From NCBI GenBank assembly GCA_977017645.1, contig OZ360220.1, positions 138,694,001-138,758,000 on the forward strand: DNA of 64,000 nucleotides, given 5' to 3'. The stretch comes from Torpedo marmorata (lineage: Eukaryota). Made by a program: the position numbers and the translations under genes. Shown here piece by piece: positions 25,535 through 38,069 of this stretch. A model generated the notes under the pieces. It did not search any database. It was not told the origin of the DNA and saw nothing but the letters and a program-made list of their open reading frames with translations. The stretch's first letter is position 1. Every line of letters begins with the position of its first letter.

Positions 25535-26374
25535 CAAGAATGAGGGTTGTGGAACGGAAGCTCAGGTCCAGTCATGGAGTGTGTTAAAGAGTGCTGTGGT
25601 GCGAACTTTCCCTTCATTAAGTCACTGAAGCTTTGCCACAAGCTGGGCTAGGTGGTAAACTCTGCCACCAGTGACAAAAGCCTTTAGAAACTTGACAACT
25701 CATCAGCTAGCTTGGTTAAAAGTGCAGGGTCCAGGACTTGGCAAGAACGAGGTGACTGGTCCATAATCAGCGCTCGTTGATTACTAGTTGTACAACCACA
25801 TCCTGCTGTCAGATCTCCATGACACTTGCTACATGCCTGAAAATGTTGACCCTACTGCTGCTTCCAGGAAGCCAAAGGGTTATAACCTTCACTTTAACCA
25901 CACTGCAGGTTTTGTACAATAGCTTAATCACACAATAGTTTCAGACCTTCTGCAACTTTCCTTTGAAAGTGCAAAATGCTCATAATTTTCCTTTCTCTTT
26001 GGTAAAACCCCTACACGTCAGTAATAGAGGTTTGTAATTAATGCCCTTGTTATGGATTTGGTTTTGCTTTAAAAGACTTGTTGGGTTCAACAACAATGAA
26101 AAACTTGCTTTAACGTGTGAAAACTGCCCAAGTTTCGCCCACAACAGAATTGGGCAGAGAGATGCATTTTGTGGAGGGGAGAGGATTAGGAGGTTGTGCA
26201 AGGCAAATGCACAGGTAGAGGCCTGCACAGCAAACGGCACAGTCGGTAACGGTGGAGGCCAGAAACAGAGGATGAGCAGAGTTTTGGAGCCTGCAGTTTA
26301 CAGAGATTAGGAATGGGCAAGGCCATGGAAGGATCTGAGTAGGGTTGGTTGGTCCCATAAACACATGTCCCAGC

Positions 26375-26605
26375 CTTAGTAGCGGTTAGCACAACGCTAT
26401 TACAGCGCCGACCAGAGTTCAAATCTACAGCTGCCTGTAAGGAGTTTGTACAATCTCCATGTGGGTTTCCTCCGGGTGCTTCAATTTCCTCCCATGTTCC
26501 ATAGACATATGGTTTGGTAGGTTAATTGGTCACATGGGTGTGTTTGGGCAGCATGGGCTCATGGGCCAGAAGGGCCTGTTACTGTGCTGCACATCCAAAT
26601 TAAAA
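26375..26605 (+). mobile_element. V-SINE (HE1-like)
   Basis: tRNA head, V-domain and CR1-like tail. Confidence 0.8.
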
Positions 26606-26619
26606 AGGCATAATATTAA

Positions 26620-26810
26620 CAAGAGAAATTGCTGGAATCACTCAGCAGGTCAGACAGCATTTGTGGAACGAGGATCAGAGTTAAAGATTCAGGCTCTTCA
26701 TCAGAACTGACCTAAAACATTAACTGTTTGTTTCCACAGATGCTGCCTGACCTTTTCAGTGTTTCAGCCACGTCTGTTTTTATTTCTGATTTCCAGCATC
26801 TGATGTTTAT
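26620..26810. repeat. Palindromic interspersed repeat
   Basis: Inverted arms at about 26631-26693 and 26711-26768; many related copies in the window. Confidence 0.75.
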
Positions 26811-27593
26811 TTCTTGAATATCTTAACACACAGTGTTCTGAATTGGATATTTGTGTGTTTTGTGTGGAAGCTCCTTCAATCTCAGAGGACAGCAAGAGTA
26901 AACGTTTGCTGGGACGAAACTCAATTTAAATCAATAAACAGTCAGAGCTCATTGCACAGGGACAATGACTCATGAGCAGATTCACTGGCAGAATAAACAC
27001 AAAATATCAAATACAGGAGATTTCCACAAAGTTTTGCCAAAGTTAAAAAGAATAATATCCAGCTACTTTTTATATTTTGCTTGCTGGATATCTTTCCAGG
27101 GAACTGACCTTGAGATCATTCAGGTTAACCGGCTGTAACTGACAACAGCCGCTGCACACCACACACTAAGGCAGACTGCACAAGTTTCACACATTAACGG
27201 AGACCCCAGCTTTCCACTTCAATCGTGCATCATCAGCTTTGTATGGTTGACAGTTGTGGTATTTGGCGATGGTTAACACAAGGACACTGAAACCCAGAGA
27301 GATCCCAGGTTTGATTTGCTAGCCTTATTGCACCCAGAATTCTTTGCATCATTCAGTATTAAAAACTCTTGCTTCTTGGTATTCATGACCCTACAGGGCT
27401 CAGACCCCTGCCAAACAGGTGTGAGCAGGTATGGATTACCAAGGCACAATTATAAAGGACTTATTGTTGACATTCCATTCAGCCAGGCTCATTTGTGTTT
27501 TAAACAGCTATCAGTTTAGAAGTCTTCATTTTACAAAACTTGCCTGAATAAACGTTTCTTTCAACAACATCCCAAATCATAAAAGGGTTTATG

Positions 27594-27847
27594 CATTTAG
27601 ACATACAGCACAGTAACAGGCCGTTTCATCCCACGAGTCTGTGCCACCCAATTTACACCCCATTAACCTACACCCCCGGTACATTTAGAACGGTGGGAGG
27701 AAACCGGAGCCCCCGGAGAAAACCCACGCAGACACGGGGAGAACGTACAAACTCCTTACAGACAGCGCGTGATTCGAACCCAAGTCCAGTCCGGATCGCT
27801 GGCGCTGTAAAGGCGTTGCGCTAACCGCTACACCAACCGTGCCGCCC
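27594..27847 (-). mobile_element. V-SINE (HE1-like), young copy
   Basis: Intact A and B boxes with CpGs retained; close match to the 5758 copy. Confidence 0.9.
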
Positions 27848-28085
27848 TTTTTCAGTGTCCCATGTTAACAATCCCCCAAACAGAACAAAAGTCAACAATA
27901 CAAAACTCAAACTAGAAAGCTGATGATGCACAATTCAAGGCGCAGAGGTAGCAGAAGAATCCTGATTCAATGCATGGTGCATTAGCGGAAGGCTGATGAG
28001 AGTGTGTTAACTGGACTCACACTTGAGTGAAGCATCGGTGGATGATTGGATCCTTAAGTTTATAAGAGGAACTACAATTTCTTAC

Positions 28086-28170
28086 CTTGATGAGCAACTC
28101 ACGGCTCAGGGAGTGGTTATTGTCATCAGAGAAGATTTCAGACAGTTCTTGGAATATCCGAATGTTCTCC
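28086..28170 (-). CDS. RALGDS: RALGDS exon 9
   Basis: ENIRIFQELSEIFSDDNNHSLSRELLIK|gtaag; 85 nt. Confidence 0.95.
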
Positions 28171-28562
28171 CTGCAAACATCCAACCAAGGGCATAAAATA
28201 TTAGAAGCAATGCAACACTATTTTCTATTTACAGGAAAATTGATAACTGCAGATTAACCAAATCCCTCAAATCAGAGCACCAAGTTCCTGTTCTATATTA
28301 CAGCAATCTAGAATTGAAGCCAAAATTGCCCTCTGCACAATTCAGGAAGCTTAATCTGCTGGGCCTTGATTCCAGTGAACTTACTGATTACATGGAGTAT
28401 GTGTTGTGGGGACAACATGCATCCTGTTCACTACACATGGCAGTTTACATCCAAGCACAGCTAGACCCCGACACCGTGGAAGGTGCTTTTACAATTCTTA
28501 CTGTATACAATGTGCAATGAACTGATTCCTGCCCATTGGTTTGATATCTGGTATTCACAATA

Positions 28563-29263
28563 CAGTAAAACCCCTGGTATCCGGAATTCAACCAACCGAC
28601 GAATAGAAAAAAGATGAAAAAAATTAAACAAGTAAAATAAATAAGAATAAAATAATAGGTTCCATAAAAATATGCAAGTTTAAAATTGTAAAAGTAAATT
28701 TTCTCTGAAGCAACACATACACCTTGGTGAAGATGGGAGCAAATATTCAGCCAGCGGAGTGCCTTGGTCGTGCTTTGCTTGTAGCAGCTGTTTGAATGAA
28801 GTTGTGTGAAACAGCAATGGCATCGCCCAGGATGAATAAGCTGGTTGATGCCGCTCGCCATTGGGGTGACTCTCTTAAAGTGTCTCCTTATCCCTGCTTA
28901 GCAAGAGTCTCCCCGGTCAGAGGCTTTATCTGTAAACTTGGGGGAGGGGGGGTATTATCTAAATATTATTGTTCGTCTTTCGGGCGGCTCCGTGGAAGGG
29001 GAGGAACTTGCAGATGCAGTGACGGTTAAATGTTTTCAAAGAATGCAACTGAAAATAAAGTAAAATGCTTTAAGATGTATATATTCATGCAAGTGAAGTT
29101 TGTTCAGTGCAAGTACAGTATGGTATTTTTGTCTTTTAAACTGTTTATTCCTAATGTAGGTGTATTAGTTAGGCATTGCAAGAGTAAGTCTCAAACAACC
29201 GGAAAATACACTTATCCAGCATCTACCAATCCCCACAGGTGCTGGATACCAGGGGTTTTACTG
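28563..29263. mobile_element. Tc1/mariner (pogo/Tigger-like) non-autonomous DNA transposon
   Basis: Perfect 20-bp TIR CAGTAAAACCCCTGGTATCC with a TA duplication on both sides. Confidence 0.92.
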
Positions 29264-29530
29264 TACAACATAAAAGTGCCCATTCTGCAATCAACATGTT
29301 TAAATTACTGGTTTCCAAATTTTGAAGACATGCATTCAAACATAGGAACTCATCACATCATACACCAACCCTTGAAGAGTGGGGATTTGTCAACAACAAA
29401 TGTGGGAATGAGCCACAATATCTGCCACACCACAAGCAAATATCAGGATACGAGAACTAGCCACCGTTGCGGCTGGAGACAGGATGGTCAAAAATCAAGA
29501 TAGCTTTCTCTCAAATGTCATGTTCTAAAA

Positions 29531-29728
29531 CAGCCATTCTCAAGGCCGCAGCACATTTAAGGGGCCACGGACTGAAATCACGAAACTTTTTTTTAAAATG
29601 TTTTTAATGTAGTTGGTAGAAGTACAGAAGAAACCAACTAAACTTGACTGCCTCACAGGGAAGGGGGCCCATAAACTTTGAGCAGAGTCCTAAGGGGGCC
29701 TTAGCCAAAAAAAGGTTGAGAATCGCTG
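29531..29728. mobile_element. hAT (Charlie-like) MITE
   Basis: TIR CAGCCATTCTCAA / TTGAGAATCGCTG; 8-bp TSD TTCTAAAA/TTCTAAAC. Confidence 0.85.
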
Positions 29729-30099
29729 TTCTAAACCACACGTGGGAGGCTTTATAAATTATACATCGATACACTACGATTTTGACATGAAAAAACCGTC
29801 AAAAAGATCCCAACATTTATCAATGATCAAAACTCAAGGTAGACTAATTTCCAATTATAGCCTCTAGTTGGTGCTACTGTGGGAGGTCTCACATTCAGTC
29901 TCTGTTAACTGCTGGGTTTGCTGAGAGGAAAGAGATGGGCACAACAATTATGTCCCTGGATTCTGGATTGGGGGTAGAAATTGTTATTATATTAGGTCAA
30001 GGTTCAGATTATGAAGCTTCATAAGAAAACAGACTCAAAACTCAGGGTTTAAAGTCAAACACAAGAGATAGTAAATTGGTCCAGGAATGGAGGGGAGAT

Positions 30100-30600
30100 A
30101 ACTCAACAACTTGCATTTATACAGTAGCTTTTAAAGTTGTGAAACTTAAAGGCACTCCACATGAACCTTATCAAATATGAGATTAAGGCTCATTAAGACC
30201 TATTGGGGCAAATGACAAACAATTTGGTTAGAGCAGTAGATTTAGTGAGCATGTGAAAGGGTGAGAGAGAGAATTTGAGAGATTTAGGAGGGATTTTCAG
30301 GTTTATCGCTCCTAAACAGCTGAAGAAATGCCTGTCAATGAGGAAGAGGTTAAAATTGAGCTGATCAAAGGCCAGAATTGGAGGAACACAAGCATTTTGA
30401 TGCTTTGGGCTGGAGGAATACGACTTTAAATAGATTAATCATCATCCCTAAAATCAGTGTCAACCAGTGAAAATGAAAATGCTGAACAATTGGGAGATGG
30501 TGTGAATTGGATGTGGCGATCGAGAGTTCTGACAAAACGTTTATAGAGGGGAAAGCAGGAAAATAGAGTTTAGAGGTAACAAAACTGCAGATAGGGTTTC
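30100..30600 (-). mobile_element. Decayed L2-like LINE 3' fragment
   Basis: Starts CAACAACTTGCATTTATACAG (reverse L2-type tail); shares motifs with 15470-15820. Confidence 0.45.
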
Positions 30601-30696
30601 ATTTGCCATTTAAGGAAGAAATAGCACCCTTGGGATAAAGGAGAAACTGGCCAACAAGATGAAGGAATCGAAATGCAAACTTTATCATGGTCCTAC

Positions 30697-30800
30697 CTTG
30701 ATACTTCGTCCCAACTTTTCTTGAGCCTGTGGACAGAGTTGCATTGTAAAGCAGAGAGGATGGCTCGTAGTGAAGAGAAATTTTTGAAGATTCTGCATTC
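30697..30800 (-). CDS. RALGDS: RALGDS exon 8
   Basis: [34 protein letters not shown](R); 104 nt. Confidence 0.95.
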
Positions 30801-31297
30801 CTGTGGCAAAGGGAAGGAAAGATTGAAGATGTTTTTCAAAAGGGAGTAATTGTTTTTAAACTCAGAACTTTTGAAGGTAGAAATTTGTCCTCAGCTGAAT
30901 GTTCTGAGCAAATGTGTAACAGTAACAACTATGTATATTGCTCTGCTTCCACAGAGAGATGTCCAACCTCAGTGTTTGGTAGGAGGGCAAGTCAAATGGA
31001 AAACTGGAAATAGCTGGTGCGAGGGGTGGGATGGTCAGGACAATGGAGACAGGTGGTCATGTGTTTAAATCTCTGGGAACATGTACAATCAGAGCTGGCA
31101 ACTCAAGCTCTGGGCTTTTATGGATAACAGACCATACGATACGTCCAGAAATTGCCATGTTCACTGTCCCCTCTTAGTCTTGGATTCCACCATGCAAGAT
31201 GGTCACAAATACCTTTTCAATGCAATCCTTGTGAGACACCATGCTTCAGATTCTAAAAGGAATATTACTCAATAAACCTGTCTAACATCTTACTTAC

Positions 31298-31513
31298 CCT
31301 GGCCACCTCAATCCATCGTTCTATGATCTTGGCTCTCTGTTGAGGTTTCAAGGTCCTGTCACTCAAACAGGTTGCAATGACACAGTTTGTAACCCTGTTG
31401 AACTGTGTGACGGTGGCACGTATTGTCGGTGCCACATGCTCCTTCCCTTTCTTATCCCTCTGGGACCAGATACTTCCCAGGCAGTGATGTGGAACTACTT
31501 TCTTGAACAACTC
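31298..31513 (-). CDS. RALGDS: RALGDS exon 7 (CDC25 domain)
   Basis: ELFKKVVPHHCLGSIWSQRDKKGKEH...RAKIIERWIEVAR|gtaagt; 216 nt. Confidence 0.96.
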
Positions 31514-32178
31514 CTGAACACAAAAAGTAAAATCTCATAACCAGCACCTCCAGAAAACAGAACAAATCATAGAAAATGGACTGTGCTCTGTCATTAATAT
31601 TTTGGAATAGCATTGTGAATGTTCTGATTGAATGCCAGTGTGCAGAGGGACATATTAGCCTATTTATATCCTTGTGTTCGATCTAAATGATCAAGTTCAA
31701 GCCCCAGTGCAGACCCTGATGCACTGGTCATGAACAAACAATGAGAGGCAGAGGAACCCAGCAGGGCAGGCAGCATCAACAAAGAAATGGTCAGCCAATG
31801 TTTCGGGTCAGGACCCTTTCTTGAGACAGGTTCTGGGAATGAATGTGGCTATGTGTATTTCGCCCTCTACATGGAAATCCTGTGGGGGGCCCTACATGGG
31901 GAACTTAAGTTGTAAGATATTCAACCGGTCTTTTCCTTCTGCCTGCTTAAACACAGGAGTGAAAATATTCATATAGCAACAATGCTGTGCAAGTTGCCAC
32001 TGTGGAAAATGAATTGGGTGGAATGGAGAGAACTACCAACAGTAGAAAGGCAGTGCACCATAATGAAACTAATTCGCCTTAGGGTACAGGATGAAAATGG
32101 GGTTGACTTCTCATCATTCATCGTCTCATTGTCTATGTGCTTTTACCCAAGTAAGTGACAAGCCACATGCTCACTCAC

Positions 32179-32300
32179 CGCATCCATTAATGTGAACTGT
32201 TCAGCCACCACATTGGCGAAAAAGGACAAGAAATCAGGCTTTGGTTCTTCAAACCCATTCTCCTGAACCATCGTGAAAGTGCAGCTACTGTGATCGGCTG
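32179..32300 (-). CDS. RALGDS: RALGDS exon 6
   Basis: (A)ADHSSCTFTMVQENGFEEPKPDFLSFFANVVAEQFTLMDA|gtgagt; 122 nt; tandem acceptor allows an alternative start at 32297. Confidence 0.9.
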
Positions 32301-33360
32301 CTGTAAACACACCACGAGACATCGTAAACAATCAAAGATATCCGTCAATTGACCCTTGCCATTCTAATCACACCACCACAGCAGCTATGCCTTCAGCTGC
32401 CCAGCTCTAGAAGTCACTCACCAATCCATTCTGCCTCACCCCATTTCCTTTCCTTTAAATCAATCCTTGAAAACCATCTCCCTCTACATGCTTTAAAACT
32501 TTAAATATTTATAGAAGATCTTGGAGATTCCTCACAGCATTGCAGACAGAAAAACAGTTACTGTTTCTGATCAAAGGTCTTTCATGGAATATGATGAAAG
32601 ATCATCAACCTGAAACATTACCATTGCACACCTTTCCATAAATTCCAACATTTTCTGTTTTTATTTAAGATTTCCAGAAACTTTTGTTTTTATTTTATTT
32701 AAATCTTCCTTTTGTTCAGTGCAATTGATTTGATACCATTGGGATGCTAAAGGCACTACATAAACGTGAATAGCAATCGTTCCATTATTTTGGAAACAAC
32801 TGCAAGCAAAAGAGATGGAGACAGACTGTGCAACCAGTAATTGCCACCCCAATCCACATGGATGGATGCCACTCAAAACATATAGTAAACAGTATGTCAC
32901 TAGAGTCACAGGAACATACAATAGCTGAGTCAATCAGCACGGTCGAAATTATTTACACAACTTTTGTTCTTGTATTTCCTGCTTACTCCAACTCTCATGT
33001 TTATGCTGGCTTTCAGAGCAGTCCCACCAATCCCAGTACTAACCTTATTCCCTGTAACCTACATTCTCTCACATCCCACTTACCTACGGTAGGGGTAATT
33101 TAAAGCAGTTAATGAATCTTATCAACAAGCTAAGTTCGTGGCTGTGGGAGGAAACCAGAGCACCAGTGGAGAACATGTAAACTCCACAGTCAGCACTGGA
33201 TATTAGGATTGAACCAGGATTGCTGTGAGGTAGTAGCACTCCCTGCCACGCCACTGTCTCCTCCCAATTAATCTTCTTTATCATCATGAGGGTGCATGGT
33301 GGGAGTTGCCGGCAACTATCTTGTAACCCATTGCCAGACAGTAGTATTAGAAGTGAGAGT

Positions 33361-34430
33361 TGTTATGAACTAACAAACCTTGCTAGTACTAACAAAGGAA
33401 CAGCAATGGAAAATTCACCAGGCAGTGGTAAATTCAAAATAATAGTTTTTATTAAACTATTAATAACATAACATTTCTTACTTATCTCTAAACTTAACTC
33501 TAACTTAAACCCCACTATGCACAAGTGTGAATGTGTGTGTGTTAAAGTCCAAACTATTTCAGTTTAAACTTGATTCTGAAAAGTCAATTTTAAAGTCCAG
33601 TTTCCAACTTCTTTTGTTGAACTTCAGGATCCCTTTAAATTGTGATTCAGAATTAATTATAAAGCAAGAGTGAAGCATCCGATTTCTTTCAAACTCACAC
33701 GTCTTTTGATGAGTTGTCTTTCAGATAGATAGTATTCTTCATGAGACTGATTTCACAAACTCCCTCTTATCTTGCCTAAGAGTTCCGGAGTCTGTTTTCC
33801 ACGAGGATTTCTTTTCTTTTCTTAGAAGCAGTTGGAAGTGGTCTTACTTATTTTAAAAGCCACTTATGTTGTGTATCTCCTATGATAAGGATAATACAAT
33901 ACAGAACTGCATCTCTATCTATTTCAGAGATCACTGCTCCAGAATCTGTCTTTCCAAAAAGTCAAATTTCTTAAAACTGATTCCTTTGTCTCCGAGTTCG
34001 ATAATATATTTCTTGCACATCCCTCATGTCACATGGTATGTGACATCATTTCAGTCTTTGAAGTTCATAATGTCCTCTTCACACTTATATGCTAAAAGCA
34101 TCTCTTCACTTATGCTCCATGATGTCTAAGCCACATGGACACAGAATGAACTTGCGTTTACACAGATGCTTCTGAGCCAACACCTATTGTCTTTCAGTAT
34201 CTCAAAAACCATCATAAAATCTTTTCATCTCTCTACTTCATGTGCAAACAGCAGACGTTTCATCTCTGCAAATGACCATCTGCCATTTCAAAGAACCATG
34301 TGTGTTTAAAATGCAAATGTGTTGCCTTTGTGCCCCTGAAACCATCCAAAACTAACTTACTAAAGCCATCTCTAGATGAAATATAGTTTTAACATTAACT
34401 AAAGATTAATATTACCACAGATCCATTACA
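33361..34430 (-). mobile_element. Solo Gypsy-type LTR (about 1.07 kb) in intron 5
   Basis: TG...CA termini; TSD GAGT/GAAT; homologous to the copies at 44277 and 50612. Confidence 0.88.
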
Positions 34431-34547
34431 GAATCTATAATTATCAGGAGAGATCGTACAAGCTGTCACTCCTTTCTCTAGAAAGGACAACATCTCAGTG
34501 GTGATGCAGAGGGTGGGGTTTGTGGACATGATGCTGCAAGAACTTAC

Positions 34548-34741
34548 CATCTTGAACAAGATCCAGCTCTTTGTGCCGTTGGAATGTTCCCAGGAGGACA
34601 CGAGCACGGCGCTGCAGATCCGAACCTGGAAACATCTGATGGATGTAAGCGTACAGGTGCTTCAGGCAGGAATAATCTGGCGGCTTCCTGAAATCTTCGG
34701 AATACTGATCAAGCCAAGCTCCGAGAATGGAGGATATGGTA
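34548..34741 (-). CDS. RALGDS: RALGDS exon 5
   Basis: TISSILGAWLDQYSEDFRKPPDYSCLK...LVQD|gtaagt; 194 nt. Confidence 0.94.
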
Positions 34742-34924
34742 CTGAAAGAAGAGTACAAGGGCATGTCCACATCTGGTAATGAATGACCAATGCTCTTTCA
34801 AACAGTAAATGGCTGGACCACCATTGCTCCAATTCCAATGAGGGTGTGGAAAAGTGCTGAAGCAGCATCCTGAGAATGGATGATTGATCCAGACATGACT
34901 TCAAGTCCCACCGCAAGTAATGAG

Positions 34925-35640
34925 ATAGAACACTCCAGCACAGAAACAGGCCCTTCGGCCCTTTTGGTCTATGCCAAACTATTATTCTGCCTAGTCCCAC
35001 TGACCTGCACCCGGTCCATAGCCTCTCCCATCCACGTACCTGTCCAAATTCTTCTTAAATGTTAAAAGTGAGCCCGCATTCACCTCTTCAGCTGGCAGAT
35101 CATTTCACACTCCCACTACTCTCTGTTGTGAAGAAATTCCCCCTAAACCTTTCCCCTTTCACCCTTAACCCATGTCCTCTGGTTTGTATTTCACCTAACC
35201 TCAGTGGAAAAAGCCTACCTGCATTTACTCTGTCTATACCCCTCATAATTTTATATACCTGTATCAAATCTCCCCTCATTCTTCTACGCTCCAGGGAATA
35301 AAGTCCTAACCTGTTTAATCTTTCCCTGTAACTCAGTTCCTGAAGTCCTGGCAACATCCTAGTAAATCTTCTCTGCACTCTTGCAATCTTATTGATATCT
35401 TTCCTCTAGTTAGGTGACCAAAACTGCACACAATTCTCCAAATTTGGCCTCACCAATGTCTTGTACAACTTTACCATAACATCCCAACTCCTGTACTCAA
35501 TACTTTGATTTATGAAGGTCAATATGCCAAAAGCTCTCTTTACAACCCTATCTACCTGTGATGCTACTTTCAGGGAATTATGTATCTGTATTCCCAGATC
35601 CCACTGTTCTACCGCATTCCTCAGTGCCCTACCATTTACC
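34925..35640 (-). mobile_element. CR1 LINE 3' fragment
   Basis: Very similar to 3095-3962 (RRFTRMLPGLQELSYRERLNRLG). Confidence 0.92.
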
Positions 35641-35684
35641 TTGAATCTGGAAGCAACTGCTATTCTCAGTAACAGTAACCGTAA

Positions 35685-35905
35685 AACAGTGGCACGGTTA
35701 GTGCAACGCTATTACAGTGCCAGCGACCCAGGTTCGAATCCACCACTGTCTGCAATTAGTTTGTACATTCTCCGTGTCTGTGTGGGTTTTCTCCGGGTGC
35801 TCCGGTTTCCTCCCACCCTTCAAAATGTATGGGGGTTGTAGGTTAATTGGTGTATTTGGGGGCCACAGGCTCGTGGGCTGGAAGGGCTTGTTACTATACA
35901 TCTAA
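35685..35905 (+). mobile_element. V-SINE
   Basis: B box GGTTCGAATCC, V-domain, A tail. Confidence 0.85.
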
Positions 35906-36591
35906 AAAAAAATGTTTTTTAAATCAGAAAAAAAATGGCATTCATAAAAATAAGTAAAAATCCAAGCTACATCCTTCAGGTGAAAAAGCCTGCCACCCTC
36001 ATCTTTCCCAACTCATGTTTGGCTCCAACCTTCGAAAGTGGTCGACTCTTAATTGTCCTCAGAAATAGCTGAGCGTGGCTTTTGCTTCAGGGGGCAATGG
36101 GACGTGTAGAAACTGCTGGCAACGATGTCTACGTCCAATGAAAATGCTCATGGGTAGCCAAGTAGAAACTGTGCAGGATTAAACAAAGTTCATTTGCCTC
36201 GTTTCTTTCGGTGGGTAATTTCTCAACCAGTAAATTCATGCCAAAACATCTCCAAAGGTTTAGGAGTGTTGCTTAAAATTTGTGGGTGTTTTTATTTATC
36301 AGCAAAGGTCAATGAGATACAAATGGCTTCCAGAGAACATGATAAAACTTATAGTCCACATCAAAGCAGATGGTAATTCCCTCAGCACTCCCTAACACAG
36401 CACAATTGTGCGGTGCAGTAAAAGGTGACATCTTCAGTTGTGGACTGGTCTTCCTACAAAAATTATGAAAATTTAAATTTGTCGGTACTGTTCGCTCAAG
36501 AATGCAACAAGTTTCAGGAAACATGTAACTCAGCATCTGGGCATTGATAATTCATAATGCTATGGAAGAACAGGTACCCAAAATTCCTTAC

Positions 36592-36663
36592 TTTTTCAAT
36601 TCCACTCTGTCATCTGGTGTAAGCTTCGAAACATCCCCATTCATTTGATGCAAATTTCCGTAT
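36592..36663 (-). CDS. RALGDS: RALGDS exon 4
   Basis: cttacag|(R)YGNLHQMNGDVSKLTPDDRVELK(N)|gtaagg; 72 nt, phase 2-2. Confidence 0.88.
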
Positions 36664-36741
36664 CTGTAAGCAACATGAGAGAGATTAAAATGAATGAGTT
36701 AGGATTATAAGGAGGGGAAGGGATTTGAGAGCTTTAAGATC

Positions 36742-37113
36742 TCAGAATCAGAATCAGAATTTATTGTCATGAACAAGTCATGAAATTCGGTGTTTTGCGG
36801 CAGCATCATAGTGCAATTAACATTCATATTAACCATCTAACGACATTACTATAAAAAATTATAAATAATAGTGCACGAAAAGTAAGGCAGTGTCTTTGAT
36901 TCATTGATTATTCAGGAATCTGATGGCAGCGGGGAAGAAGCTGTCCTTGTGCCGTTGAGTGCTCGTCTTTAGGCTCCTGTACCTTTTTCCCGATGGAAGC
37001 AGAGTGAAGAGGGCATGGCCTGGGTGGTGGGGGTCTTTGAGGATAGAGGCTGCTTTTTTAAGACACCGCCTCATGTAGATATCCTCGATGGAGTGAAGTT
37101 TGGTGCCTGTGAT
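36742..37113 (-). mobile_element. Rex1/Babar-like LINE 3' fragment
   Basis: KAASILKDPHHPGHALFTLLPSGKRYRSLK...SFFPAAIRFLN; tail ATGACAATAA(ATTCTG)n. Confidence 0.85.
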
Positions 37114-37792
37114 GTGTGTACTGTGTACTGTGGCTTTTTGTTCCAAAGGACTCAGATTTGATCAGTATCTCTGCGAGGTCAACTGGTATGGCAATGTACC
37201 ACCAGGTAGATAGAGAAGGGTTGGTGCGAGGATCTCTGCTGGGCCAGATAAGGGTGAATGACTCTGTCTGGGGTACAGTGTCTCCATCCAATACCTCACC
37301 CAAATAGCTATTCTTCATGCAAGAACCAGGTTTCAGCTTTAGTAGCAGGCAGTCAAATGACCAAAACTATCACGCTGGGAACATGGGCTCTTACTTAGCC
37401 TTCCTCACTTCAAGCACACTGAAAGGCACTCTGCCCCTGAGCTTTTCATCAGATAACTTGGTAAGAGAAGCCACCCAGTGTAACACAGCAGAATCGGTCA
37501 GAGACAAAAATATGCAACAGGCATTGGGCAGTGCTAATCACACTGGGGCTCCGTGCATCTCTTCATCTTAACCTTCTATTCCTTTCTGTCTTTTATATTT
37601 AACTAGCTTTCTCTTCAATGGATTTGAAGCTACACCCCACAATGGTGAGTACTACGTCAAACTGCTTCCTGGGAAACAGCTTTCCCTTCAAAGACATGCT
37701 TGTATTCAGGGCCTCCCACATTAAGCCTCAGATCTTTATACAGGTTGAAACCCTCTGTCATGTCACCTGCCCCAGCTTTCTCTGCTCTAGGG

Positions 37793-38007
37793 CAGCCATT
37801 CTCAACAGGGGCTATACAGCTCCCCTGGGAACCACAGCACATTTAAGGGGTGGGGGGGCCATGGACTGAAATCATAAAATATTTTTATGTAGTTGGTAGG
37901 AGAGAAGTATGGAAGAAACCAACTAAACTTGACTGCTTCACAGGGAAGGGGCCCATACACTTTGAGCAGGAGTCCCATAGCCAAAACAAAAAGGTTGAGA
38001 ATGTCTA
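37793..38007. mobile_element. hAT (Charlie-like) MITE, same family as 29531
   Basis: TIR CAGCCATTCTCAAC; TSD CTCTAGGG/GTCTAGGG; shared internal sequence. Confidence 0.85.
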
Positions 38008-38069
38008 GTCTAGGGTCCAGAACCAAACTCAGCCAGTTCAATGGTCTGTCCACCTGTTACTGTAGTCAC

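Noticed and set aside
29030-29503. 157-aa ORF as a transposase
   Set aside because: It crosses the MITE boundary and shows no DDE or HTH motifs.
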